From: Octopus vulgaris
Lineage: Eukaryota
Assembly (NCBI GenBank): GCA_951406725.2
Contig: OX597817.1
Coordinates: forward strand, 37,758,001 to 37,822,000
Direction: 5' to 3'
Length of the DNA stretch: 64,000 bases
The position numbers and the translations under genes are program-made. Positions within the stretch are counted from its first letter, which is position 1. The number at the start of each line of letters is the position of its first letter. The notes under the pieces are model-generated. The model saw only the letters and a program-made list of their open reading frames with translations, made no database searches and was not told the DNA's origin. This document shows positions 12,982-26,471 of this stretch, piece by piece.

Positions 12982-15275
12982 CACGTTAAAATGCTCGAAC
13001 CGATCGTGACGATGCCGGACCCTCCGGCCCCTGTGCAGGTGGCACGTAAAAAGCACCCAATCCACTCACGGAGTGGTTGGCGTTAGGAAGGGCATCCAGC
13101 CGTAGAAACTCTGCCAGATTCAGACTGGAGCCTGGAGCGGCCCCTGGCTTCCCAGACCCGGTCAAACCGTCCAACCCGTGCTAGCGCGGAAAGCGGACGT
13201 TAAACGATGATGATGATGATGATGATGATATATATGTATATACTAGCTGGTGTACCTGGTAATTCCTGTTGGTAAAGATGTTCTATTGAAATGCCTTATT
13301 ACTCTGATATAAGAAAGCAATTTCATTATAACTGCCACAAAAGGTGTATTTTCTGCCATGAAGAAGTACAAAACAACTGTCAGCTAGAGGAGGGAGAGAT
13401 TTTTGGAGGTTGGTGAAAAAGTACTCTGACTTGTAATGGCATTTTAAAGGTGAACTTTATGAAGGCTAATTTATTAAAGGTAATATATAAATGTATATAT
13501 ATAAATATATGAATGAAGTGTTTAATGTTTAAGAATGAAACGAAGAAAGTGCAATAATAACGTTCATACTCACTGATGGTCGCTCTCAATAACTGCCTTT
13601 AGCTTATGGAGTTCTTGTTTTTATATCTATCGAAAAGCAACCAGAAGGATAGACATATTGTTGAGAACATATGATTTCGTTGGAGGTTTGTTATCTCCAT
13701 TCAAGCCCCTGGTAGTCTAGAAGAGGTTAGAAGGGTCAAGTGGCGAAGACACTATTCTGCTTAGTGAAGGCATCTGGGAAATGTTTAACTGCTGTCATTC
13801 ACAGAAAAAACTATTGTTGTACCATGAGAAAAGCACTGTTGAAGAGTTAAGTGAAATTTGGCAATCGAGGATCAAATCCACGCTATGCCTGCATGAAGCC
13901 ACTACAAATATGTTGTGAAATAAAAATGTATCTACTGTCATGAAAAAGTTTAACTGTAAAAATGAAGAACTATCGGAGTAATGGGCATTCAAAAATGTAT
14001 ATATGTATAGAAATGTATGAATGAAGTCTTTAAGGTTTAAGATTCAAATCAAAGAAGTGCAATAATAATGTTTAGCAGTTCAAATCTGAGTAGTGAAATA
14101 CAGAATTAGGTCAGCTGATTGTGAGAATCAAATATTGACCACTTCACTAAAAACTGCAGGTGGTATGGGTTATTTCCCTTGGGTTGTTTAAATAAAATAT
14201 TAGTGATATGTAGTAAATAGAAGGATCCATTGGATCTGTTATCAATTTTTGTCAACAATCTAAGTATGTCACGAGGTTTCCAGACACGAGTTCTATTCAC
14301 ATGTCAAATAAAGTATAAAAGTGATATTGTCTGCAAAAATTAGAAATTGGACACACAAAAAAATCAATATTCAAAATAATCGAACATAAATAATGAAACC
14401 TGTAAAATATTTCTAAATTTGATGGCTCAATTAGTTTCATGAAAATGTTGTATGAACTGTAAAGAAGCAGTAAATATTATGATAAGTATAAGTGATACAG
14501 GGTGTCCCAACTGAATGTGATGTGGAAGTTTGGTTTCATTTCTTAAGAATTTTAAGCATTCAAAGAATGAGTTCATTGTATTGGGACACACTTATAAAAT
14601 ACGTTTTGGAATCAAAAATTTATGTACTGTCATTGAAAAATTTTAACTGAAAAAAATGCAGAATTATTGGAGTTATGGGTATTGAAAGTGTACATGCATC
14701 AAGAAAACTGTGAGTAGTGAAATGCAAAATTAGGTGCACTGATCATGAGAATCAAGTATTGATCGCTTCGCTAAAAACTAACAGCTGTAAGTGGAGATGC
14801 TATAGGTTATTTCCTTTGAGTGTTTAAAAAAATATTGTGCATGTGCTATGAAACCGGCTCTGGCTCTGTTGTACAAATGTCTTGTTTTCTTAAGGTTTTA
14901 ATTAAAATCTTCCACCAAACCTTAGTCACAATTTATGTTCCTAACACTAACTGAATGATAACTAAGTTATTTTACTAAATTCTTTGTTATATTTAAAGTA
15001 ATTGAAAGAAACACAGAGCATCTCAAAATAAATACAGTAATGAAAGGGTTAAAGGTTTGGACAGAGGGTACTAGACCACAAAGATAATCAGAGAATTGAT
15101 CAAGGAAAAACTTATAGAAAAGACAACATAGTTACATTTTGATGCTGAGCTAAAGATTCCAATCGAGTAGAAAGAAGAGAACCTAACATGTTAACAACTG
15201 AATTCTGAATTCAATCAAGCATGTTAACAAACTCAGAGAAGACACCTGAAATGTTAGCATGCCAGGTGAAATGTT

Positions 15276-15712
15276 AGGCAGCGAGCTGGCAGAAACGTTA
15301 GCTTGCCGAGTGAACTGCTTAGCGGTATTTCGTCTGCCATTACATTCTGAGTTCAAATTCCACCAAGGTCGACTTTGCCTTTCATCCTTTCGGGGTCGAT
15401 AAATTAAGCACCAGTTATGCACTGGGGTCAATGTAATCGACTTAATCCTTTTGTCTGTCCTTGTTTGTCCCCTCTGTGTTTAACCCCTTGTGGGCAATAG
15501 AGAAATAAGAAATGTTAGCATGCTGGGCAAAAGGCTTAGCAATATTTCGTCTGTTTTTACATTTAGAGTTCCAACTCTGTCAAGGTTGACTTTGCCTTTC
15601 ATCCTTTTGGGGGTTGATAAATTAAGTACCAGTTGCATACTGTGGGTCAATCTTATCGACTGTCCCCCCTTCCTTTCCCCCCAAATTTTGAGCCTTGTGC
15701 CTAGAGTAGAAA
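15276..15712 (+). mobile_element. Two tandem family A SINEs
   Basis: Two successive copies of the family A head and central domain. Confidence 0.8.
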
Positions 15713-17596
15713 ACAATGAATACCCTATGAGTTTTATGTAGGTTGTTGAGTCACTGTTAATAGGGATGTCAGCAAGGGGAACTGTGCTTGTTTTTTTTTT
15801 TTATTTTATCTTCTAGATATTTCCATTTAAAAGGCAAACTCTATTTTGGGACAATTCCATGCTAGCTAATTTTCCTCTTGACTTGATTGAAGTATTTTTG
15901 TCATTGTAACTCTTAGTAACACATAACGCATTCTGCATGCTGTTGTAACTCATCTTCAGATTGTTCTTGTTGTACAGTCAGTCAGTTTGTCGCTATTCAG
16001 GAAATATTAGATGGAAAATATTTTGCAGCTCTGCTTTGACATCAGTTTTATATGATCGACTATACCATCTAGCATGTTCTTTTCCTGATTTCTTGATATT
16101 TCTTGAACAGCTCAGTATTCCACCATTATATTGCAAGAGACTTCCAGTATTTGATACCGGAGCTAATATATTATATGCTTAATTTAAGAAAAAGAGAATG
16201 TTTATTCTCATGCCTATATTAACAGATAATCTCTTGTTTTAGTTTTCTTCATTGAAATGAATGGCTGCATCAGAACAATGTGTGTTTATGCTAGGTTAGA
16301 GGAAGTTTCTGCAATTATCGACAAAATTATTGAATGACATATTATTATTATCTCTGTCCCCCTTCTGAATCCAAAGTGGATATGAGATATCAATGAAACA
16401 TAACATGTAAGGAATAAAAAAAAATATCTGGAAAAATACATTCTTCCTGAAAACTTTCTGTCTATCCAGTGGCAGAAATGTGCGGACGCATTATTCAAAA
16501 CATTTCAACAGCTATAGTAAAACACTAAATTACCTGGAGAAATAACTTCAGAAGATTCAAATTGTGACACACATACATGTACCTGTAAACAGCTGTGTAT
16601 GAGACAATGAATTAAGATACAGACATGTGTGCATCTATGTATAAGGTAGCAAATAGGTTGATACATACACGTGTGTATGTGTTTGTGTCTGTGTGTATGT
16701 GAAAGAGAGAGTGTGTGTGTGTGTGTGTGTATCTGAGTAAAGAGTAACAAATGGGTAAATACGTATATGTGTCTGTATATAAGGTAGTTGATTGGTAGAT
16801 ATGCATATGTGTATGTGTGTGTATTTGTGTATAAGGTTGATTAAACTGGTAGAAGTATATATTCTTTTATTCTTTTACTTGTTTCAGTTATTTGTCTGCG
16901 ACCATGCTGGAGCACCGCCTTTAATATGTGTATGTTTGTCTTAAAGATAGCAGATTTTCAGGGTTGCTAGAGTGCTGGATAGAAAGCCTCACCGTATTTG
17001 TTTCAACTTGGTGTTCTAAGTTCAAATCCTGCCAAGATCACCTCATCTTTCATCCTTTCAGGATTGATAAAAAAAATTTTAAAATTAGCAGGCTAGGGCA
17101 GCGAATTGTCAGAATTGTGAGAGCATTGGATGTAATGCCTTGCAGTATCTGTTCTGGGTCTGTGCACTTAGAATTCTAATTCTGCTCCATCACTGAAAAA
17201 TAGCAGAACTTCTGCCAGATGTTGCAACTGACTGATTGTATCAACAATTTGTAAAAAATAGATGGAAATATAGTTTTCTTCCTTTGATTAGAAGATTGAC
17301 CACCACCACCGCCACCATCTATCTGCATGCACACACCACACTCACATGTACACACAGACACTCAACTAAATGTCGTAGTAGTGTGGATACTGAGACTATG
17401 AAATGCTAAAATTTGAAAAGTTAAAGATTATTTTGTAAAATATATGCAGATGTTTAAATGATATTATACTATGTTTATACCAAGCAAAAAAAAAATGTAC
17501 AATGAATAGATATAGCATAAAGTTATACACATTGCGCAAACTGCAAACTGACAATACATTTCTCATATCATAGCATATTCATTGTGTATATATATA

Positions 17597-17930
17597 TCAC
17601 TATCATCATCATCATCATCATCGTTTAACGTCCGTTTTCCATGCTGGCATGGGTTGGACAGTTCGACTGGGGTCTGGAAAGCCAGGAGGCTGCACCAGGC
17701 CCCAATCTGATCTAGCAGTGTTTCTACTGCTGGATGCCCTTCCTAATGCCAACCACTCTGAGTGTATAGTGGGTGCTTTTTACGTGCCACCGGCACAGAA
17801 GCCACTCAAGGTAGCACTGGCATCGGCCACATTCGGATGGTGCTTTTTACGTGGAACTGGCACGGGGCTCACCACTACAATTTCCATTTGATTTGATTTT
17901 GATATTGCTGATGTTGATGTACTTGACTCG
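17597..17930 (-). mobile_element. RTE 3'-tail element
   Basis: (CAT)n followed by the reverse complement of the RTE 3'UTR. Confidence 0.85.
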
Positions 17931-18071
17931 GCATTGGCCACATTCAGATATGTGTGTGTGTGTGTGTGTGTCATTGTGTGGTTGTGTTCTTGCTTGCTTA
18001 TATGTTCAGTGTGTGTGAGTGCACTCTTATCTCTTTATTTTCATGTTATCTGTTCTTTTCTGTTAATCCAG

Positions 18072-18262
18072 GAAAACTATAATTTCAAAAGAATTAAATA
18101 AAGAAACAAGTCCCAAAATATCTGACCCAAATATACCTGGTATTCGTATTGGTATAATTGGCTGTGGCGTTCTTGGACAACAAATCATTCGATGTCTATT
18201 ATATCAGAATAATATAAAGCCTCATAATTTGCTCATTTCAACAAGAAATCTAGAACAGCTTG
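18072..18262 (+). CDS. NOXRED1: NOXRED1-like exon 2 (Rossmann dinucleotide-binding motif)
   Basis: Pyrimidine tract + CCAG| acceptor; open frame KTIISKELN...IRIGIIGCGVLGQQIIRCLL...LLISTRNLEQL (GxGxxG, ISTR); donor G|GTATGT; phase matches exon 1. Confidence 0.9.
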
Positions 18263-18789
18263 GTATGTAGGATTATTTTTTTTAAGAAGATTAACTGTTT
18301 TGATATCTATGATTAATTACTGAGATTTAAAATTAAAAGATTGTTAACCCCATTCTTGATATGTTTGTGATTGCGACTACATTACTCTTGAATCAATTCT
18401 AGAATATCTTCAAGTGCTTAATTCTTGTGGTTCTTTAAGATAGGTTTGAAGTTGGAATCTTTATTTTTGATGGATAATTTTAGAGTTCTTAGTGGTTAAA
18501 GATATTAAAACTCTATGCGAGAAAAGAAAGCCCTGAGTTCAAAGCCAGCATTGAGCAATGTTGGGTAGCTGAAAGACAGCAGGAAGTTGGTCTACTTGAA
18601 GTATATTGTCAACGTTATAAACAAAATGTATGAAACTAGTAGTTTAAAAAATTAAATTTTTTTAAATCCTAGATATTAGGAAGAAAATCTGAAGGCACCT
18701 TTTGTGTTGTTGTCGAGACTGGAAACATTTTAAATGGTTTTAATGTAAAATAAGTCACATGTCCAGGCCAGTGCTCCACAAGCATTTTT

Positions 18790-20987
18790 TCACTTTGCAT
18801 GGATGATGGTGCACTTGTTTTTAGTGATTCAGAAAAGAAAGAGGCTTGGAGAAGCCATTGTGAAAGACTGCTGAACATGGAGAATGAATGGGAGGAGGAG
18901 ATCCTGCCAAATTTGGACCCAGTAGAGGGACCAGCTATATGAATAGACAGCACCCTGGTAGATAAAGCAATTAGGGTATGAAGCCAGGAAAAGACTTCAG
19001 CCCATCAGGAATCACTGCTGATATGCTTAAAACATCTGGTGATGTAGGCTATGGCCTAGTCACTTGTAATGTAAACCAGGTAGTTCATGATAGAGTCATA
19101 CCCAATGACAGGCATAGCAGCACCATAGTCAACTGCTACAAAGGTAAAGGTGACACTTTAGATAGAAATAACTACAGGGGTATCAACCTACTGGATGAAG
19201 GGTCATAGCCCAACTAATTAGGGAGAGAGTCTGCTTAGATGAGATGCAGTTCAGTTTTGTGCCTAGTAGAACCACCACTGATGCTATATTCCTGATACGA
19301 CAACTGCATGAGAAATACCTAGCCAAAGATAAACCCCTATACTTGGATTTGTGGACTTGGAGAAAGCCTTTGACAGGGTCCCGCGATCCCTTATCTGGTG
19401 GGCAATGCAGAAACTGGGGATTGACAAATGGTTAATAGGGGCTGTACAGGCCCTATACAGAGATGCTGTTAGTAAGGTAAGGGTTGGCAATGAGTAAAGT
19501 GAAGAATTCCAGGTAAAGTAAGAGTCCACCAAGGATCAGTCCCCTTTTATTCATTTTAGTCCTCCAGGCAATAACAGAGGAATTCAAGACAGGTTGCCCC
19601 TGGGAGCTCCTCTATGCTGATGACCTTGCTATAATTGCTGAGTCACTATCAGAACTAGAGAAGAAATTTCAGTTGTGGAAGCAAGGTTTAGAATTGAAGG
19701 GCCTTAGAGTCAATGTTGCAAAGACCAAAGTTCTAGTAAGTAGGAAGGCGAACACATCACACACACCTTCAGGTAGGTGGCCCTGCTCAATCTGTAGAAA
19801 AGGTGTAGGTAGAAACTCCATAAGATGTACCCAGTGTAAGTTATGGACACATAAGAGGTACAGCAACATCAAATGAAGATTAATCAGGAAGATAGCTTTC
19901 GTGCGCGGCAGATGCACAGGGGCAATAAACACCACAGATGCTTAGAAAACAGATTCCATCACATTCCAGTGGGAGAAACTAGAAGTAGTTGATAGCTTCC
20001 ACTAGCTAGGTGACCAAGTCTGTAGTGGGGGGGGGTGAATTCTCAGAGAGTGTTACCACTAGAATAAGAATAGCCTGGGCAAAGTTCAGAAAGTTTCTAC
20101 CTCTACTGGTGACAAAGGGCCTCTAACTCAGAGTGAAAGGTAGATTATACAATGCATGTATGAGAACTGCCATGCTTCACGGCAGTGAAACATGGGCTGT
20201 GACTGCTGAAGACATGTGTAGGCTCAAAAGAAATGAATCTAACATGATCGACTGGATGTGTGATGTCAGTGTGCACACACAACAGATTGTAAGCTCCCTG
20301 AAAGAAAGCATCAGATGTGGTGTGCAAGAGAAATGTTTGTGCTGGTATGATCATGTACTATGGATGGATGAGGAGAGCTGTGTAAAGAAGTGGCACTCCC
20401 AAACAGTTAAAGGAATCTGGGGTAGAGGGAGACCCAGGAAAACATGGGATGAGATGGTGAAGCATGACCTTCGAATGTTGGGCCTCATAGAGGCAATGAT
20501 GTGCTGTGACTGAGAAGACATGGCAAATAAAGTGAGTTCACAGCTGTAACCTACACCAGTGTCATGTAACCAGCCCACTCAAAAGTACCTTGAAACGTAG
20601 GGTGACATGCTGTGCTTGAGGAGACCTATTGAGTCAAGTACATCAAAATCAAATGGAAATTGTTGCAATCCCCGTGCCAGTGGTATGTAAAAAGCACCGT
20701 TCGAACTTGGCTGATGCCAGTGCTGCCTTGACTGGCTTCTGTGCTGGTGGCACATAAAAAGCACCTTCTGATCATAGTTGTTGCAAGCCTCTTTTGGTCC
20801 CTGTACCGGTGGCATGTAAAAAGTACCTACTACACTCTCAGTGTGGTTGGCGTCAGGTAGGGCATCCAGCTGTAGGAATATTGCCAGATAAGATAGGAGC
20901 CTGGTGCAGACCCCAGTCGAACCATCCAACCCATGCCAGCATGGAAAACGGATGTTAAACGACGATGATGATGATGATGATGACGAT
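18790..20987 (+). mobile_element. 5'-truncated, degenerate copy of the RTE LINE
   Basis: Collinear with 11060-13229, with multiple stops and frameshifts; (GAT)n tail. Confidence 0.92.
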
Positions 20988-21399
20988 ACACTTATATTCT
21001 TTTCAAAATTCAGCAGTACACCCGAACTAAAAATATAACTAAAACTATATGGAAAAAAATTATATTCAGGTTTTACTGTGGCACACCTAGCAACGTTTCA
21101 TGGCACACCAGTGTGTCACAGCATACCAGTTGTGGAGCACTGGTCTAGGCAATTAAATCAATGACAGCAGCTCTACACAGCTGCTTGTCTTGTTAAAAAT
21201 AGCAGCCAAATGTGTTTCAAATCACACTAAACAATCTTAAAAAAGAGAATGGCCACATTGGACTATGTAGCCTCAGATGCTTTAAGTCTGAATAAAAAAA
21301 TGGTTTGGTCTGCTCAGTTATAGCCAACTTGGGGTTACATAGCAGCATGAAGTTGTTCAAGGTATCCCTTAATTACTGAAATAGTAACACTATTATTAT

Positions 21400-21651
21400 A
21401 AAATAAATAAATGCGCCGTTTTAAAGCCTATCCAGGCTCATGAGCCCGGTTTCCAGGTTTCCATGGCGTATGTGTTCCCAAGCTGGATGGGAAGCCAGTC
21501 CATCGCAGCATTACTCATTTTTGCCAGGTGAGTGGACTGCAGCAACGTGAAATGAAGTGTTTTGCTCAAGAACACAATGCGTCGCCCGGTCCAGGAATCG
21601 AAACTACAATCTTACGATCATGATGCTGACACCCTAACCACTAAGCCACGA
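21400..21651 (-). mobile_element. Family D SINE
   Basis: Closely similar to 4905-5162. Confidence 0.8.
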
Positions 21652-21906
21652 GCAGGTTTTGTGTCTGATGTCATTTTGGTAAGGGTTTTTCTTATTATAG
21701 CCTTAGGTCAAAGCCTTGTAAATGCAATTTTGTAGGAAGTGAGTGTGGAAGCCCCCTGGATGGACAGTTCCTGTTCTGATGTAGTAGATTTAATCTGTTA
21801 CCTGGTTTGATATAACATATTTAATGTGTTACCTGGATTGATATATAGCCCTTAGGTGTCTTTAGCAGACACCATTCTGTTTTGCAAGCATTATATCCAG
21901 GTCTCT

Positions 21907-22238
21907 GTGAGGGCGTGTGGCTTAGTGGTTAGGGCATTCGGCTCATGATCGTAAGGTTGTGAGTTCGATTCCCGGCGACGCGTTGTGTCCTTGAGCAAGA
22001 CACTTTATTTCACGTTGCTCCAGTCCACTCAGCTGGCAAAAATGAGTTGTACTTGTATTTCAAAGGGTCAGCCTTGTCACTCTCTGTGTCACGCTGATTA
22101 TCCCCGAGAACTACGTTAAGGGTACACGTGTCTGTGGAATGCTCAGCCATTTGCACGTTAATTTCACGAGCAAGCTGTTCCGTTGATCGTATCAGCTGGG
22201 ACCCTCGTCGTAACCGGCGGAGTCTTTTTTTTTTTTTA
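21907..22238 (+). mobile_element. Family D-headed SINE with a different 3' body
   Basis: GTGGCTTAGTGGTTAGG A box, GAGTTCGATTCCC B box, GTGTCCTTGAGCAAGACAC core; 3' body shared with 25466-25857; T-rich end. Confidence 0.8.
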
Positions 22239-22603
22239 TATCCAGGTTTCTAGACTGTAGATGACATCTTCTCTTCCCCCCACCAGTCATGGAAGCCTTT
22301 AACACAGTCATGAATGTTTCTCTTGTTTCTATAATTAGCAGATGGTTTTGTAATATTTCTTGACTGACATCGCATGCATGTGTGTTTATTTGTTTCTCCA
22401 TGACATCACAGGATAGTTATAAAGGAAGGACACTGTCATACAAGTAGAGTCCTGCATTTCCAGTCTTCCATGAAAAAAACACCTGACAACAGGTGTAGGT
22501 TGGCAACAAGAAGAGCATCAGGCCATGGGGAATCTGCTTTAACAAATTTTTTTCTGATCCATGTAAGCATGGACAAGTGAACATTAACAGGCTGATAATT
22601 ACT

Positions 22604-22802
22604 CTTTTACTCTTTTACTTGTTTCAGTCATTTGACTGTGGTCATGCTGGAGCACCGCCTTTAGTCAAGCAAATCAACCCCAGGACTTATTCTTTGTAAG
22701 CCTAGTACTTATTCTATTGGTCTCTTTTGCCAAACTGCTAAGTTACGGGGATGTAAACACACCAGCATCGGTTGTCATGTGATGTTGGGGGGACAAACAC
22801 AA

Positions 22803-22844
<42 letters not shown>

Positions 22845-22998
22845 GGCTTCTTTCAGTTTCTGTCTACCAAATCCACTCACAAGGCTTTGGTCAGCCCAAG
22901 GCTATAGTAGAATACACTTGCCCAAGGTGCCACACAGTGGGACTGAACCCGGAACCATGTGGTTGGTAAGCAAGCTACACACCACACAGCCACTCCTG
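22604..22998 (-). mobile_element. Family B SINE
   Basis: Full reverse-complement copy. Confidence 0.85.
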
Positions 22999-23448
22999 TA
23001 TAACGAAATCATGAAGAACATTTATCAACATACTCAACCATTCATACAGCTTTTTTTTTAAGGCCTTAAATTATATCTTTTAACAAGTATGGAGAATCTA
23101 CATAACCCCTGCTCTATATTGTTTGAAACCTATTAAATTAATCAGTAGAAAAAAAAACAGAAAGGGAAATATTTGAAAATGATTTGTTGCATAGACACAC
23201 AAGAGAGGACAAATGGGCTTCAATGGGCTATACATGTAGGCACAAGCGTGGGTGTGTGGTTAAGAAGCTTGCTTTGTAAACCATGTGGTTCCAATTGGTG
23301 CACATTGGGCAACTGTCTTCTACTATTGCTTCAGGTCAACCAATACCTCATGAGTGAATTTAAAAGATGGAAACTACATAGAAGCCTGTCATTATATACA
23401 GATATGTATATACATATGTATAAGTGTATATATATATATATATATACT

Positions 23449-23557
<109 letters not shown>

Positions 23558-23692
23558 ACATACACACACACACATACATACATACATACATACACACAAA
23601 TACATATATACATACATACATACATACATACACACAAATACATGCATACATGCATACATACATACATATATACACACAAATACATACATACA

Positions 23693-24001
23693 TATATAGG
23701 AGAAGAAAATGGATATAATAACAATGGGAAACTCGTGGTTTTCGCTGGTATGCCTTTAATTTAATTTAATTTAATTAGATAACAAAGACATTGAATTAAA
23801 GGCATACCAGCAAAAACCACGGGATTCCCATTGTTATTATATCCATTTTCTTCTCCTATATAACTTAAACCACGGTTTACCAACCAAACCACCTGCTACC
23901 GTACAACCTTACAAAAGACTGTGCCTACCCAGGTAATAACCAGGAGCGACTTTGGATTTGATTATCCCTTAGAGGTATTAAACCCCTCTAACTAATACCT
24001 A

Positions 24002-24004
<3 letters not shown>
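23693..24004. repeat. (TA)n-flanked fold-back element: 69-bp inverted arms plus 142-bp one-sided extension
   Basis: Arms 23693-23761 and 23794-23862 (about 3 mismatches), 32-bp AT-rich spacer. Confidence 0.85.
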
Positions 24005-24045
<41 letters not shown>

Positions 24046-24048
<3 letters not shown>

Positions 24049-24242
24049 GGTCCCGGGTTGAGTCGGGGTTAACCACAGTAAATAAGGTACTCAATACATA
24101 GCAGAGTAAATTAATTTATTTTATAGAAAGAGCTTCTACAGGACTAGAACTGTTTCATTCAAATGAAATCATCAGGAAGCTTCCTGATGATTTCATTTGA
24201 ATGAAACAGTTCTAGTCCTGTAGAAGCTCCTTCTATAAAATA
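24046..24242. repeat. (TA)n-flanked palindromic element: 63-bp arms, no spacer, ~70-bp one-sided extension
   Basis: 24117-24179 is the reverse complement of 24180-24242 with 1 mismatch; centre GGAAG|CTTCC. Confidence 0.92.
24178..24228 (+). ncRNA. Type-I hammerhead ribozyme motif (mirror copy on the - strand at 24131-24181)
   Basis: Stem I AGCTTC/GAAGCT; CTGATGA 24184-24190; short atypical stem II (TTC-attt-GAA); GAAA 24203-24206; stem III CAG/CTG; GTA site 24220-24222. Confidence 0.65.
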
Positions 24243-24300
24243 TATATATATATATATATACACTCACACAAATATACAAACATACATACATGTATGTTTG

Positions 24301-24360
<60 letters not shown>

Positions 24361-24640
24361 CATATTTATGTTTGTGTTTGTTTCCCGCCTCTACTTGAGA
24401 ATCAATGTTGGTTTGTTTACATCCCCATAACTTGACAATTCAGCAAAAGAGTCTTGTAGGAATAAGTACCAATTTTAAAATAAGTAATGATGTTAATTTG
24501 TCATAGAAGTATAATTGCTAGAATTGGGATACAAACCACAGCAGCACTTATTTTTGTATTACAATAATTATTCCACCATTAATTAAGCAAGGATGTTCAT
24601 GTTTGTGACTAATTAATTTTTTTTTCATGTTTTTTTGCAG

Positions 24641-24976
24641 ATGAATTTAAGAGAAAAGGAATTTTCTGCACTGATAATAATATCGAAGTGTGTAGATTTG
24701 CAGAGATCTTGTTACTCGCCATCCCACCATCACAACTTACCCTGCTGTCAAAAGAAATTATGGACCACTTACCAAAAAAATGCATTGTGTACAGCCTTTT
24801 AGTAGCTCAGGATCTCCAGAAGCTGGCTACAATGCTTAGAACTGAAAATGTTTACAACTTGAATGTTTCTGTTAATGAGGAAACCACAGCCACCATAAAG
24901 TGGGAACAAAAGGATATTACTGATATTCTAAGTGACCAGGAGACACTAAAACTGTTTCTGCCATTCTGGGGCAAAG
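24641..24976 (+). CDS. NOXRED1: NOXRED1-like exon 3
   Basis: TTTTTTGCAG| acceptor; DEFKRKGIFCTDNNIEVCRFAEILLLAIPPSQL...CIVYSLLVA...LFLPFWGK, similar to GIKCFYHN...FLCCLPSQL...IVYSFVA; donor G|GTAAAA; phase 1 to 1. Confidence 0.9.
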
Positions 24977-25465
24977 GTAAAAATCTATATTTTTTATAGT
25001 ACTTTTGACTTTAGTTGTTGTCATTGTCTTGATGCTATTCAGCCCTAGGTCAGCTCTCCTTGAGAAGATCTATAATCAAATGTATTCCAACTGTAATTAT
25101 CTAATGCATATTTCCTTTTTTTAAAATGATAAGGTATAATCTGAGGAAGCTTTAACTGCTATTTATAGCAGATTTAGTAGCCAAGTAGAAGTATTCTCAT
25201 TAATTCAGAGGTTTTATTAATTAAAAGGTTTCAGAGATTAAGAACCAATCTTGCTGACATTTTAAATTGGTGTTCAATACACCAAATAATCTATGAATCA
25301 ATATAGCTGATAAAAAAATAATTAAGAAATAAAAATAATAAACCCTCATTTCTGTGTATTTGCTGCTTCATGATATTCATCAATCTACAATCTCAGAGCA
25401 TCCACCAACCTACTGTATAAAGTCCTCCACCAAACAAACAAACCTTCATTTACCAATAATTTATG

Positions 25466-25857
25466 GTGGGGATGGAAGCACTCCGTCGGTTACGACGATG
25501 AGGGTTCCGGTTGATCCGAATCAACGGAACAGCCTGCTCGTGAAATTAACGTGTAAATGGCTGAGCACTCCACAGACACGTGTACCCTTAACGTAGTTCT
25601 CGGGGATATTCAGCGTGACACAGAGAGTGACAAGGCCGGCCCTTTGAAATACAGGTACAACAGAAACAGGAAGTAAGAGTGAGAGAAAGTTGTGGTGAAA
25701 GAGTACAGCAGGAATCACCACCATCCCCTGCCGGAGCCTCGTGGAGCTTTAGGTGTTTTCGCTCAATAAACACTCACAACGCTTGGTCTGGGAATCGAAA
25801 CTGCGATCCTATGACCGCAAGTCCGCTGCTCTAACCACTGGGCCATTGCGCCTCCAC
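25466..25857 (-). mobile_element. tRNA-derived SINE related to family D
   Basis: Minus strand GGCGCAATGGCCCAGTGGTTAGAGC...GTTTCGATTCCC; 3' body matches 22050-22220. Confidence 0.8.
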
Positions 25858-26142
25858 CAATAATTTATAACAGCTCACCCGATCATTGATTTGTATCTTC
25901 ACTGTCACATCTCCTCAGCACATTTGAACATCTTAATTCTATTTTGCCTTTCCTTCAGCCACCTGCACCAAAAAATATTTGAACTTACATCTTTTGGCTC
26001 TACACGTCATCTCCATTACCCCTTACCCATTGACAGCTTTCTTCTCTTTTAATTGCTGATCTAGAGGAAGGGTCAGTGTCCATAACCTTTGCAAAACCTC
26101 CTCAGACCAGTGAACTTGATGCAATTCATGTAATGTTTAAAC

Positions 26143-26255
26143 CTGTGGTTCTCAACCATTTGATATATTGTTGAAGTATAATCAATTTATTACAGATAAA
26201 TTTTAACAACAAAAGGCCCCCAAAGGGTCATGTGGGCCCCAGTTGAGAACCACTG
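26143..26255. mobile_element. Small hAT (Charlie-like) MITE
   Basis: Terminal inverted repeats CTGTGGTTCTCAAC ... GTTGAGAACCACTG. Confidence 0.55.
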
Positions 26256-26429
26256 GTTTAAACTGTTGCAGATCAACAGCTGCTGGAGAGACATGAGCTG
26301 GGAGAAAAGTCGACAAAATCAAAAAGAAACAATGCACATGTGCAAAATTAAAAATATAAAATGGTGACAATTTACCCATTGCACCCTCTCTCTCTCTATA
26401 TATATAAAGAGAGAGTGAGAGAGAGATGG

Positions 26430-26432
26430 GGG

Positions 26433-26471
<39 letters not shown>

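Larger units (their letters stand above)
8955..13229 (+). mobile_element. Near full-length RTE-clade LINE (APE + RT), inserted in (TA)n
   Basis: ~900-bp C-rich 5' region, APE and RT ORFs, 3'UTR ending in (GAT)n, ATATAT on both flanks. Confidence 0.95.

Noticed and set aside
13243-14850. Possible Helitron-derived segment with internal duplications (13490/14000, 14088/14711); similar hint at 45490-45905
   Set aside because: Only vague terminal and motif resemblance; cannot classify by eye
21907-21975. tRNA-like A and B boxes
   Set aside because: Head of a multi-copy SINE; no acceptor stem, runs into the SINE body
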